A stretch of 64,000 nucleotides of DNA from a virus (Duplodnaviria; Caudoviricetes), in IMG/VR virus record IMGVR_UViG_3300014695_000002, positions 22,000 through 85,999 of that record; one strand, 5' to 3'. This document shows, piece by piece, positions 25,542 to 34,125 of the stretch. The first letter of the stretch is position 1. The number at the start of each line of letters is the position of its first letter. The notes beneath the pieces are model-generated. The model made no database searches, was not told the DNA's origin, and saw only the letters and a list, made by a program, of their open reading frames with translations. A program made the translations under genes and the position numbers.

Positions 25542-25900
25542 GGTCAGAGAGAATCTGAATCGGCACTGATGGGGTATGCCTCTTGTTATAGGGAGGAGAG
25601 ACTTAGCGTCAGTTGCTTAAACCCCTACTACCGAGGCGATGGGATGGGGCGGGAGAAGCTTGAAGGTCGTTAAACTCCTGTATGGCCGTAGACTTTAGCA
25701 CAAGTAAAGACGATCCATCTGCCGAGGGTGCTACTTCGGGCAGATTACCACACACTCTATTGGTGTGTTCCTATCGAAATTGATAGGCTTGAATTCGGGA
25801 CGCTCAGTATAGTCTTGAAGAGAAGGTATGGGCTTTACTCTGGGGATTCAAGATTAATTTCTTGACCCTGGGGTAGGGCTTTTTATACCTTCTTGAAATC
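25542..25900 (+). ncRNA. candidate large structured ncRNA, copy A
   Basis: No ORF; GC-richer than flanks; multiple hairpins including a long G-U-rich stem 25822-25892; shares an exact 19-mer and collinear motifs with 52200-52614. Confidence 0.65.
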
Positions 25901-25963
25901 GAACTTTCAGTATAGTATAAAAGATATAAGAATTAATAGATAAATAAACATAGGAGTTAAGAT

Positions 25964-26158
25964 ATGAAATTAGAGATTAGATATGATTCTAATAGAAAGG
26001 AGTGGTTTTGTATGTTACCTGTAGACTATACCTCATGGCAAGCTTCAGGTGAGAGCCCCTTAGAAGCGTTTGAGATTTATCTGATTAAGGTTAATGGTTG
26101 TGCTGAAAAACATGAGATTGATTATAAGTGGTGTAAAGAAAGAGGACTGATCTGGTGA
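25964..26158 (+). CDS. hypothetical protein (HicB-like N-terminal pattern)
   Basis: AGGAG RBS; W...LP......ASGESPLEA. Confidence 0.65.
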   Translation: MKLEIRYDSNRKEWFCMLPVDYTSWQASGESPLEAFEIYLIKVNGCAEKHEIDYKWCKERGLIW

Positions 26159-26352
26159 GAGATTATCTGATTATCGTGTTAGCTTTGGTGGCATTCATCC
26201 TGGTGTTTAACTCTATTAACGGTACAAGGGAAGAGAAGATTAATATGAAGCATATGCAAATGATGACTGAGCATTGCAAACAGCAGGGTGCAATTTATTA
26301 TAAAGAGCCTAGTAAGGATGGTATCTGTGTATTGCGAAGAGAGAAACCATGA
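26155..26352 (+). CDS. N-anchored membrane protein
   Basis: TM plus Cys pair. Confidence 0.7.
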   Translation: MRDYLIIVLALVAFILVFNSINGTREEKINMKHMQMMTEHCKQQGAIYYKEPSKDGICVLRREKP

Positions 26353-26636
26353 GTTTGTTTAGTTGGTTCCAAGGAAAACCAAAACAAGTATATTGGTTCA
26401 TGGAGATGGAGAGTAGTAGCAGATTAACAACAGAAGATATTGCAGTTCTCAAAGAATTTCCTCTCTTTTCCGATTTTCAACAAGCTTTGCCCGGAAGACT
26501 ATTGATTAATATAAATAAGATTACGATAAAAGAGGCTGTAAGCTGGATGAGATTTAAAATGCTTTTCGGTAGATGGCCTTCTTGTCGAGAGGCCCGATTA
26601 AATAGAGAATTCTTTAAATCAGGAGTAAAATTATGA
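26349..26636 (+). CDS. hypothetical protein
   Basis: ATGA overlaps. Confidence 0.7.
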   Translation: MSLFSWFQGKPKQVYWFMEMESSSRLTTEDIAVLKEFPLFSDFQQALPGRLLININKITIKEAVSWMRFKMLFGRWPSCREARLNREFFKSGVKL

Positions 26637-26842
26637 GTCGTTGTGCGTGCTGCCAGACTGTACTTACAGTCGGTGAAATGATGTTTGATCTTCCAGACGG
26701 ATCAATGAATGATATCTGCTGGTCGTGTCAAGGTGTTATTGATCATCCTGAGTGCTGTGAAGATCGTGAATACCAATTCGAGGATTATACGGAGGTTCCT
26801 TTCACATCAACTATTACAAAAGCTAAGAAAATTGCTTACTAA
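26633..26842 (+). CDS. Zn-finger protein preceding TerS
   Basis: MSRCACC...DICWSC; AGGAG RBS. Confidence 0.75.
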   Translation: MSRCACCQTVLTVGEMMFDLPDGSMNDICWSCQGVIDHPECCEDREYQFEDYTEVPFTSTITKAKKIAY

Positions 26843-26932
26843 TATTGTAATTATTATTAAACAGGTGTATAATATATTGAATCCTGAGTCTCTGTTAGAG
26901 CGGAGGCTTTACCCTCTGATAGAGAATAATTT

Positions 26933-27274
26933 ATGTCAAACGATAAACCTAAGTCCAAAGGTGGCAGGCCAGTAGGTTCAACCAGCAACCTATCTTCCCG
27001 CCAGCGCAAGCTAAAGTCACTTCTACTCCAAGCATATGAACCTTTTGTCTCTGAGGCAATTGAGGTATGCTTGGAAGTGATGCGTGATAAGAATGAGAAA
27101 GGTCAGACTCGTATTGCTGCGGCACGTCATATCTCAGACCGTGCTTATGAGCTTGTCAACGAAATCCTTACTCCTGAGAAATCTGACAACAACTCAGAAG
27201 ACTCCGATGAGAAAGCTGAAGTGGTTGAAATGAAACCTCGCCTCTCTCTCACTGTAGCTCCAAAGAAAGACTGA
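26933..27274 (+). CDS. putative terminase small subunit
   Basis: KSKGGRPVGSTS N-terminus, helical body ending in RIAAARHI; first gene of the packaging block. Confidence 0.6.
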   Translation: MSNDKPKSKGGRPVGSTSNLSSRQRKLKSLLLQAYEPFVSEAIEVCLEVMRDKNEKGQTRIAAARHISDRAYELVNEILTPEKSDNNSEDSDEKAEVVEMKPRLSLTVAPKKD

Positions 27275-27353
27275 AACACGAATACACGCAAAGCCAAGTG
27301 AACATAATTGTTCTGTAGTCTGGTTATTCTTTATATTTTAAAGGAAATAACTA

Positions 27354-28850
27354 ATGGCAACTCCTCTTGAAGTGTTGAAGTCAAAGGTTGGTATTCTTGC
27401 AGACCCTATTGCGGAATACGTTGCAGCTATCTTAGCTGATTATTCTGGTATTGTTGTTCCACCAGATGCAAGCTCTACTCCTGAACAACCTCCTGTTATT
27501 ACTCCGCCAGTAGAAGTGTCAGGTATCATTCTTGAAGTTGTCTCAAATGATCCTTATGGTAAAGTTCGTATTGTATCAGACAAGCAAATCAAGAAGGGTG
27601 GTAAGGTTAGAATTAACGTAACAGGTCAAGCATTTAATGTTGTTGGTGTGAATGCAGATAGCTCAGTGATTGACCTTGATCAGAAGATCGGCAACCCACA
27701 AGCTGCCTTGAACAGTGGCTACACTGTCATCCTTCCTATCACTGTTCCCCCTGTTGTCACACCTAATCCTGACGCAAGCTCAACTGTCCCTGATGGAAGT
27801 GGTGATTTATCTTACATGCGTAAGAAGGGCCGTATCTTTATCAACCTTGGTATGGGTGCTGGTGCTGACCACGTTCTTCCTGGCAAAGAGGGGACTAACT
27901 ACACCTTCCTAACCGAACCAGAGATTAAGCGTGCAGTAGGTTATGGCTTCAAGCAGTTCCGTGTCGGTTTTATCATGGGACGTGTTTATAAGCGAGCTAA
28001 TAGCCTTGACATGTATCGTGGTATTGATCCAAACGATACCACTCGCAAATACACGCTTGACACGATTATTGATCGGTTGAAGATTTGCAATAAGTACAAT
28101 ACCAAGGTTTTGCTTGACAACCATGTCTATGCTTTCTGGCCTTCCAATGGCGCTCCTAACAAGGTAGAGCTTGGGACTTCTGGCTACACGGCTGAAATGC
28201 TTGCCAATCATTGGTATGGTATCATTCAGGAGCTTAAGAAAGACCCTGAAGCTTGGAACGCTGTGTATGGTTTTGATATTGTCAACGAGCCTTACACTTT
28301 AAGTGATGCTACTTGGTCTAAGTGTGTTCAAGCAGTAATCGACAAGTGTGCTTCTATCTCAGAAGATAAAATCTTTGTTATTGAAGGTATCAGTTATAGC
28401 TCAACCCGTAATTGGGTAGCCAATAATCCTTCACTTTCCAAGATTACCCATCCTCGTGGTAAAGCTTTCCTTGAGTTCTCTGGTCACTTGTATCTTGATG
28501 CCGGTGCTTCAGGTTATTACAGCGGAGATGTCCTTTCTCAGACTGATATTAATAACGGCATCACTTTTGAGACTGTTGGTACTGCACGTCTTGCAGGATT
28601 CAAGAAATGGAAGGATGACAACAAGGTAAATGCCAGCATTGGTGAAAACCTTGTAACCGGGACCTTGACTAATCTGATGAAGGGTGAAAGAAACCTTCTT
28701 GAAGATTGTATCAACAGTGGGATTGACGTTTACCTGTTTGGTATGGGTGACGGATTCGGCTCAGGTAACGCACATAATATTGAACTAAAGACTAGCTCAA
28801 TCGACAACACCAACATGCTTAATCTCGCAATTGAGATGGCTAAAAAATAA
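27354..28850 (+). CDS. GH5 (clan GH-A) endoglycanase with N-terminal anchor, beta domain and Pro/Thr linkers
   Basis: FRVGF, LLDNH, GFDIVNEP (acid/base Glu), EFSGH.Y.D, SIGE (nucleophile Glu). Confidence 0.8.
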   Translation: MATPLEVLKSKVGILADPIAEYVAAILADYSGIVVPPDASSTPEQPPVITPPVEVSGIILEVVSNDPYGKVRIVSDKQIKKGGKVRINVTGQAFNVVGVNADSSVIDLDQKIGNPQAALNSGYTVILPITVPPVVTPNPDASSTVPDGSGDLSYMRKKGRIFINLGMGAGADHVLPGKEGTNYTFLTEPEIKRAVGYGFKQFRVGFIMGRVYKRANSLDMYRGIDPNDTTRKYTLDTIIDRLKICNKYNTKVLLDNHVYAFWPSNGAPNKVELGTSGYTAEMLANHWYGIIQELKKDPEAWNAVYGFDIVNEPYTLSDATWSKCVQAVIDKCASISEDKIFVIEGISYSSTRNWVANNPSLSKITHPRGKAFLEFSGHLYLDAGASGYYSGDVLSQTDINNGITFETVGTARLAGFKKWKDDNKVNASIGENLVTGTLTNLMKGERNLLEDCINSGIDVYLFGMGDGFGSGNAHNIELKTSSIDNTNMLNLAIEMAKK

Positions 28851-28865
28851 TCATAAAGGTGCTTC

Positions 28866-30215
28866 ATGACAGAACGGGAATTGGCTAAGGTAATTAGCCG
28901 CATTGGTTTACGTGGAGCACTGCTTTCTGGTGCTTTTGAGGATACGGTTGGGCAGGATATTAACACTGCCGTAGCTAATGTTCCCGTATACCAACCACTC
29001 AAAAGCGTAGGTTATAATCGTAACGTTGCAATGTTTGGCGACAGTCGTTGTTTCCTCTCCCACTTTGTTAGTGGAAACAACAAGTTCTTTAAAGGCTGGG
29101 GTATCGCCACTTGGGCTCAGACTTACTCTGAGGGTGAAGCAAGTTTCCCTCCAGCCCTGAACTTTGGCGTAGCAGGCGATACCACTAACCAGATGCTAGC
29201 TCGTATTGACACCGCTATTAAAGGTATTGTTGACGCCTCAGCTAACATTGTTGTGATCTTTGCCGGAACGAACGACGTCCCTACTTCCGATATTCCCCTT
29301 GAGCTAACCAAGCAGAATATTCGTGGGATGATTCGTAAGTTTATGGCTAAGGGTATTCTGCCTGTCTTTATGGGTGAGACCCCTCGTGGCCAAGGTTCCT
29401 ATGATCTAGGAAGTCAAGCTAAACGAGATCAACTAAAAGCAATTAGTGATTTTTATCAGAATGAGGTTAGCCTTACTTGTCCTGTTATCAATGCTTGGGA
29501 CTTGTGGGTTGATCCTGCCAGCGGAAGCAATTACTTCCCAAAAGCTGGAATGACTCGTGATGAGATTCACCCGTCAATTGTAGGTGCTCAGGTCATTGGT
29601 AAACCTCTTGGTGAATTGCTTAAGAAATACATTAGCATGTCAAGCTATGAGCTTTACAACAATGCTGTTTACAACTCAGCATCTAATGTGTTTGGTAGCT
29701 TCTCACCTAACCCTCTGTTCCAAGGGACTCCAAGCAACGGTCTTGCTCCAAGCTGGCAACCAAGTCATAGTAACAATGCTGGCTTGACTATTGTCCAGAC
29801 AACCGAAACTGATGCAAGTGGTGTTGTTTGGCAGGCAGCTACTGTTACTGGAACATCTGGTTCTACTTCACCAGAACTCACTTGGTATTCTAACGCAGAT
29901 ATTAGCAAGATGGTTGTTGGACAAAGCTACAAGGCTGTTGGTAAGTTTAAGTCTCAAGGCACTGGCTGTATTGGTGTAGGCCTGGCTATTCTTCAGACTC
30001 CTAACTACTATCAGCTTCTTGATGGTGATGCTCCAGACGTTAGCCTTTCTTGGCCTACCTATCCAGTTGGTGGTACTAAAGAAAGTCCAGCTTATGTGCA
30101 TACTTCTACTACCAATGGTGCTCTGACTCGCTGGATCGTTAACATTGCTCCAAGTGCTACTGTAAACTTCACTGTCAAGTTCGCTAAGACTGGCATTGTC
30201 AAAATCGACGTCTGA
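28866..30215 (+). CDS. SGNH/GDSL hydrolase with C-terminal beta-sandwich
   Basis: FGDSR block I, NFGVAGDT block II, AGTND block III, DEIHP block V. Confidence 0.85.
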   Translation: MTERELAKVISRIGLRGALLSGAFEDTVGQDINTAVANVPVYQPLKSVGYNRNVAMFGDSRCFLSHFVSGNNKFFKGWGIATWAQTYSEGEASFPPALNFGVAGDTTNQMLARIDTAIKGIVDASANIVVIFAGTNDVPTSDIPLELTKQNIRGMIRKFMAKGILPVFMGETPRGQGSYDLGSQAKRDQLKAISDFYQNEVSLTCPVINAWDLWVDPASGSNYFPKAGMTRDEIHPSIVGAQVIGKPLGELLKKYISMSSYELYNNAVYNSASNVFGSFSPNPLFQGTPSNGLAPSWQPSHSNNAGLTIVQTTETDASGVVWQAATVTGTSGSTSPELTWYSNADISKMVVGQSYKAVGKFKSQGTGCIGVGLAILQTPNYYQLLDGDAPDVSLSWPTYPVGGTKESPAYVHTSTTNGALTRWIVNIAPSATVNFTVKFAKTGIVKIDV

Positions 30216-30223
30216 GGTGGCTG

Positions 30224-30757
30224 ATGGATAAAGTAGCTTTAGTATCCAGAGTTGGTTTAGTCGGAGCTTTGCAAGCCGGTGCTTTTGATGCGTCAGGACA
30301 CTCAAATCCTGTCGTTAGTAAAGCATCTGAACTTGTTAACGATGTAGGCTTCATTACTCAAGCAGATGTCTCTACTGTAACCAAAACCTCTCAGCTACAA
30401 AACGACAGCGGATTTACCAACAATGCTTTCGTTATGCTGTATCCTAATGGAACTGAAGCTGCTCCAGCTACTTTGACAAAAGGTCAGCGTATTGAAATAC
30501 CTTCACCATTTCCTTCTGGTAGTCAATTCTGGCCTATTCTTGAATTGAAGATCAATGGGATGTGGTCAGATGTTGGCTATATTTATGCTTCTGGTGGCTA
30601 CGGGTGTGTAGCACGCCAGTTCGGCGATCTTATCGTAGTTATGTCTGGCAGTGCTGCTATCGCTACCACTCCGTATAATACTCTGAATCCAAACACGACT
30701 TATAGTGGTAACTTAGACAACCTTCCTTATCGAGTCAAGGTAATTAGGTTGTTTTAA
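30224..30757 (+). CDS. short fibre-like protein
   Basis: Two S(E/Q)LxND(V/S)GF(I)T repeats; C-terminal YPNGTEAAPA...SPFP domain typical of Pseudomonas phage fibres. Confidence 0.7.
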   Translation: MDKVALVSRVGLVGALQAGAFDASGHSNPVVSKASELVNDVGFITQADVSTVTKTSQLQNDSGFTNNAFVMLYPNGTEAAPATLTKGQRIEIPSPFPSGSQFWPILELKINGMWSDVGYIYASGGYGCVARQFGDLIVVMSGSAAIATTPYNTLNPNTTYSGNLDNLPYRVKVIRLF

Positions 30758-30918
30758 AGAATTGCGGGTTTTCTCTCCTCCTTATCCCGCAACGCTTGCC
30801 ACGTAATGGCAGGTCTGGCTCACCCACGAGCCTTCTTTTCAGATAGCATTCAGAAAGTGTTATGCGGAAAGGGAAAATCCTATAAGAGAGATGGACCTCC
30901 AATAAAGAGGCAACACAA

Positions 30919-31086
30919 ATGATTAATCTAATTCTAATCTTTCTACTGGTTGCTCTACTAGCCCCTCTTTTGGGTCTTGGTGCTCTTGCTGGCACTGCTC
31001 TTACTTTTGTTAAAATCTTGTTTGTTGTTCTTCTCGTTCTCATCATCGTAAACTACGCTGGTCCGAACGGAAGACGTTGGTGGTAA
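30919..31086 (+). CDS. DUF1328 (UPF0391/YtjA-like) small membrane protein, 55 aa
   Basis: Hand translation MINLILIFLLVALLAPLLGLGALAGTALTFVKILFVVLLVLII...; GAGG RBS. Confidence 0.75.
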   Translation: MINLILIFLLVALLAPLLGLGALAGTALTFVKILFVVLLVLIIVNYAGPNGRRWW

Positions 31087-31418
31087 TGTGAACAAGCTTC
31101 CCCTAGTGGAGAAATTTAAGCGTTCTAAAGCTTACTATCATTTCTGTATGTTTAAGTTAAAACTAATCTGTTTGCTTCGTAAAGCAGAAGCTAAAATCAA
31201 GCAGAGAAGTAAAGGTTAGCGCAATGCTACCCAGTGGAGAGGCAGGCAGAATGGCCTTGCGAGAAGACAACATAGGCAGCGTGGTTAGTCTTCACCAATT
31301 TTTGTACATACACTTTAAACCTTCCCTTTAGCTAGCACGGAAGCGAATTTGAAGTGTAGCTTTAGCACTATAAATATATAAGCACCTGAGTTCAAATAAT
31401 TATTAAAGGTGTTTTATC

Positions 31419-31712
31419 ATGGCGGATACGCTTAATGATGTCACAATGCAAGCTAACACTTATGTTGACTTGTACAGTCTGACAGGTATTGCCCCAGGTA
31501 CAAGTTTAATCATCAACAATAAGAGTTCTGCTGTTGTGTTCCTTCAAGTGAGAGCATCACAGCCAAGCTCAGCTTCAAATGACGGATGGCCTCTTCGTAG
31601 CTCTCCTGCTCCTGACACTTGGGTGACTCTTACAGATGTTCCTGTTGGCAGTAGAGTATGGGCAAAAGGTACGGCTGCTGGACGACTTTTTGTCCAAGTC
31701 TACGAGGAGTAA
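31419..31712 (+). CDS. putative small virion beta-sandwich protein
   Basis: YVDLY..TGI..G..L.I.NKS...VWAKG; precedes the long fibre gene. Confidence 0.7.
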   Translation: MADTLNDVTMQANTYVDLYSLTGIAPGTSLIINNKSSAVVFLQVRASQPSSASNDGWPLRSSPAPDTWVTLTDVPVGSRVWAKGTAAGRLFVQVYEE

Positions 31713-31715
31713 GCT

Positions 31716-33941
31716 ATGTTTATTCCTGATAAGTCAAAAGTAAATATTATCGATGCTTCTGGAATGACAGCCGATTGGCCTATTCAGCAGCTTCCTTATA
31801 AAGCTTCAGATGGTACAATTAAAGGTTCTGGTCTTAGGATTCTAACCAGTGGTACAGTGCTCGCTCCTGTAGGCTTTGCTGTAGAATCTGGCTCTGTTGA
31901 CTTTGGTGATGTGCTAAGACTCTCTGAGTCTGCTGGTTTTCTAGCTTTTGAAAACATGGTAGATAAAAGTAAATATCAACTTCTAGATTATGCAGTCCCT
32001 CGTGATGCGGCATCCTCTAAACCATTTTACTTTAAACTTGCCGGACCTGAAGTGAGATTTGAAGCGAATAAATCTTCTGCTTCAGTTATCAAGACTAACC
32101 CCCTTAGCTGGGAATATACCACTAAGCTCACTGCTCGTACCAATGCTCTTATCTTCAATGCAGCAGAGAAGATGAACAATGTTCGTCTACGGATTACTGA
32201 TAAGAAGAGCGGGGTAGCAATCAAGTATTATCCATCTAAGTCGGCTTGGGTAGATGGTTCTGGTGGTACTATTCTTGATGTGGGCGAAAACAACCTAGAC
32301 TTCCAAGATACTGCGGTAATTTTCTCTGCCAACACTGATATTATTTTTGATATTCAAGCTGATAATATTGCTTTGGTTGGTGGTACTATCCCTTGGTTTG
32401 CAGGATTGGTTCAGCAGGGAAGTTTTGTTGGCGTAGCGGATGTTTTTGACGTATCTGCATTGCAAGATCAAATCAATAAGCAGAAGGCATCTTTCAACGG
32501 TGATTATAGCGCCCTTACAGGCGTTCCTACGAGCTTTCCGCCTTCTCCCCATACGCATGTAGTGGATGACATTACCGACCTTCCTAGCAAGCTTACAGAG
32601 CTTTCTAGCGCTATATCTCAAAACACTCAAAGCCTGAATGGATTGGCTAAGGTTGCAACGACTGCAAGCTACACTGATCTTGTAAATCAACCCTTTATTC
32701 CAACCGCTACAAGTCAGATTGAGAATAATAGCGGATACATTACGATCCAACATACTCATCCAATAAGTGACGTTGTTGGTTTGCAAGATGCTTTAAACTC
32801 TAAAGCTGGAAGTAATGAGTCTATTCCCGTCTCTCGTGTGACAGGTTTAGCTACAGTTGCGACTAGTGGAAGCTACAATGATCTTAGCAACAAGCCAACT
32901 ATTCCAACCAATGTAAGTCAGCTTGCAAATGATAGTGGTTATATTACTGCTGCTCAAGTGCCTCAGCAGACAGTAACTTGGGCAAGTATTACAGGTAAAC
33001 CAGTAACATTTACACCTTCTGCTCACCAGCATCCTATTAGTGATATAACTGGTTTGCAGAACACGCTAAATGCAAAAATAGATGCTTCTACTCAGATTAG
33101 CTACAACAATCTGACAGATAAGCCTAATCTATTTTCTGGCAATTATAACGATCTGATCAATAAGCCAACGTTGTTTTCTGGTAGCTATGCAGACCTTATC
33201 AATAAACCTGTTTATGCCACTGTAGCAACTACTGGCAGTTATAATGACCTCTTGAACAAACCTGTAATTCCTACAGTTAACTATCCCGTGACTTCTGTTG
33301 CTGGTAAGACTGGTGCTGTGACTTTGGTTGCGGGTGACATTAGTGGTCTAGCTTCTGTAGCAACTACTGGAATGTATTCGAGTCTTTCTGGATTGCCTAC
33401 TATCCCTGCTGCTCAGGTTAACAGTGATTGGAATGCAACAAGTGGTGTTGCTCAGATTCTAAATAAACCAAGCCTTTTCAGTGGTTCTTGGACTGATCTG
33501 ACAAACAAGCCCACTACATTTACTCCGTCTGCGCATCAACACCCCATCAGTGATATTACCAATCTTCAAACAACGCTTGACACTAAAATTACTGCTGCAA
33601 GTTTACCGATAACAAGGCGTGCAGACAATAGCTTAGTGTCTCGCACAAAGGTTAAGTACTACAAAGTCACAAGCGACAGCACAAGCTCTATTTGGACTGT
33701 TAATCTGGGAAGTGATTTCAGCGAGATTCTAGATATTCAAGTTCAGGCAGAGTCAGTTAGTACCCTTCTAGGTGGCATTAGACAGGTAAGTATAAATAGT
33801 TGGACTTCTACCTCAACGACTATAACGGGTATGACTTTTGGTTCAAACACCATCACTACAATTCTTATTGGCGGCTCTCAGGGTCTAGCTTTAGTCCCAG
33901 GAACAGTTGTCCGTTGTCGAGTTGAAGGCGTAGGCGGTTGA
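31716..33941 (+). CDS. long repeat-rich fibre protein
   Basis: Repeats SY.DL.NKP, H.HPISDI.GL, SQL.NDSGYIT, VTSVAGKTGAVTL, QVNSDWNA. Confidence 0.8.
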   Translation: MFIPDKSKVNIIDASGMTADWPIQQLPYKASDGTIKGSGLRILTSGTVLAPVGFAVESGSVDFGDVLRLSESAGFLAFENMVDKSKYQLLDYAVPRDAASSKPFYFKLAGPEVRFEANKSSASVIKTNPLSWEYTTKLTARTNALIFNAAEKMNNVRLRITDKKSGVAIKYYPSKSAWVDGSGGTILDVGENNLDFQDTAVIFSANTDIIFDIQADNIALVGGTIPWFAGLVQQGSFVGVADVFDVSALQDQINKQKASFNGDYSALTGVPTSFPPSPHTHVVDDITDLPSKLTELSSAISQNTQSLNGLAKVATTASYTDLVNQPFIPTATSQIENNSGYITIQHTHPISDVVGLQDALNSKAGSNESIPVSRVTGLATVATSGSYNDLSNKPTIPTNVSQLANDSGYITAAQVPQQTVTWASITGKPVTFTPSAHQHPISDITGLQNTLNAKIDASTQISYNNLTDKPNLFSGNYNDLINKPTLFSGSYADLINKPVYATVATTGSYNDLLNKPVIPTVNYPVTSVAGKTGAVTLVAGDISGLASVATTGMYSSLSGLPTIPAAQVNSDWNATSGVAQILNKPSLFSGSWTDLTNKPTTFTPSAHQHPISDITNLQTTLDTKITAASLPITRRADNSLVSRTKVKYYKVTSDSTSSIWTVNLGSDFSEILDIQVQAESVSTLLGGIRQVSINSWTSTSTTITGMTFGSNTITTILIGGSQGLALVPGTVVRCRVEGVGG

Positions 33942-33965
33942 CAAGTACATTTTATCTGCTATAAT
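33938..33965 (+). promoter_or_regulatory. consensus sigma70 promoter overlapping the fibre stop codon
   Basis: TTGACA-16-TATAAT. Confidence 0.8.
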
Positions 33966-34125
33966 TGTTTACGCGTGGTCCCGGCGATACGGGACAACCA
34001 AAGACTGCGCAACGGTCTGAAAAACGTGTAACAGGTAAGACTTCTACAGCAAATCACTCTTTTAAGAGGGTTTGTTATGCGTCCCCTGTTGCGACTTAAC
34101 TGGGTGATTTGACTATAGAGGTTTT

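Noticed and set aside
25542-25900. Copy A as tmRNA, RNase P RNA or group I intron
   Set aside because: No T-loop/CCA end, no GAGGAAAGUCC, no interrupted gene; only a weak CAGTATAGTC resemblance to the group I S element
31088-31219. 43-aa basic ORF (VNKLPLVEKFKRSK...)
   Set aside because: GTG start with a weak RBS; cannot be supported without homologues
31369-31376. T4-type late promoter TATAAATA
   Set aside because: Isolated occurrence in AT-rich DNA; not repeated before other late genes and no gp55-like sigma factor seen
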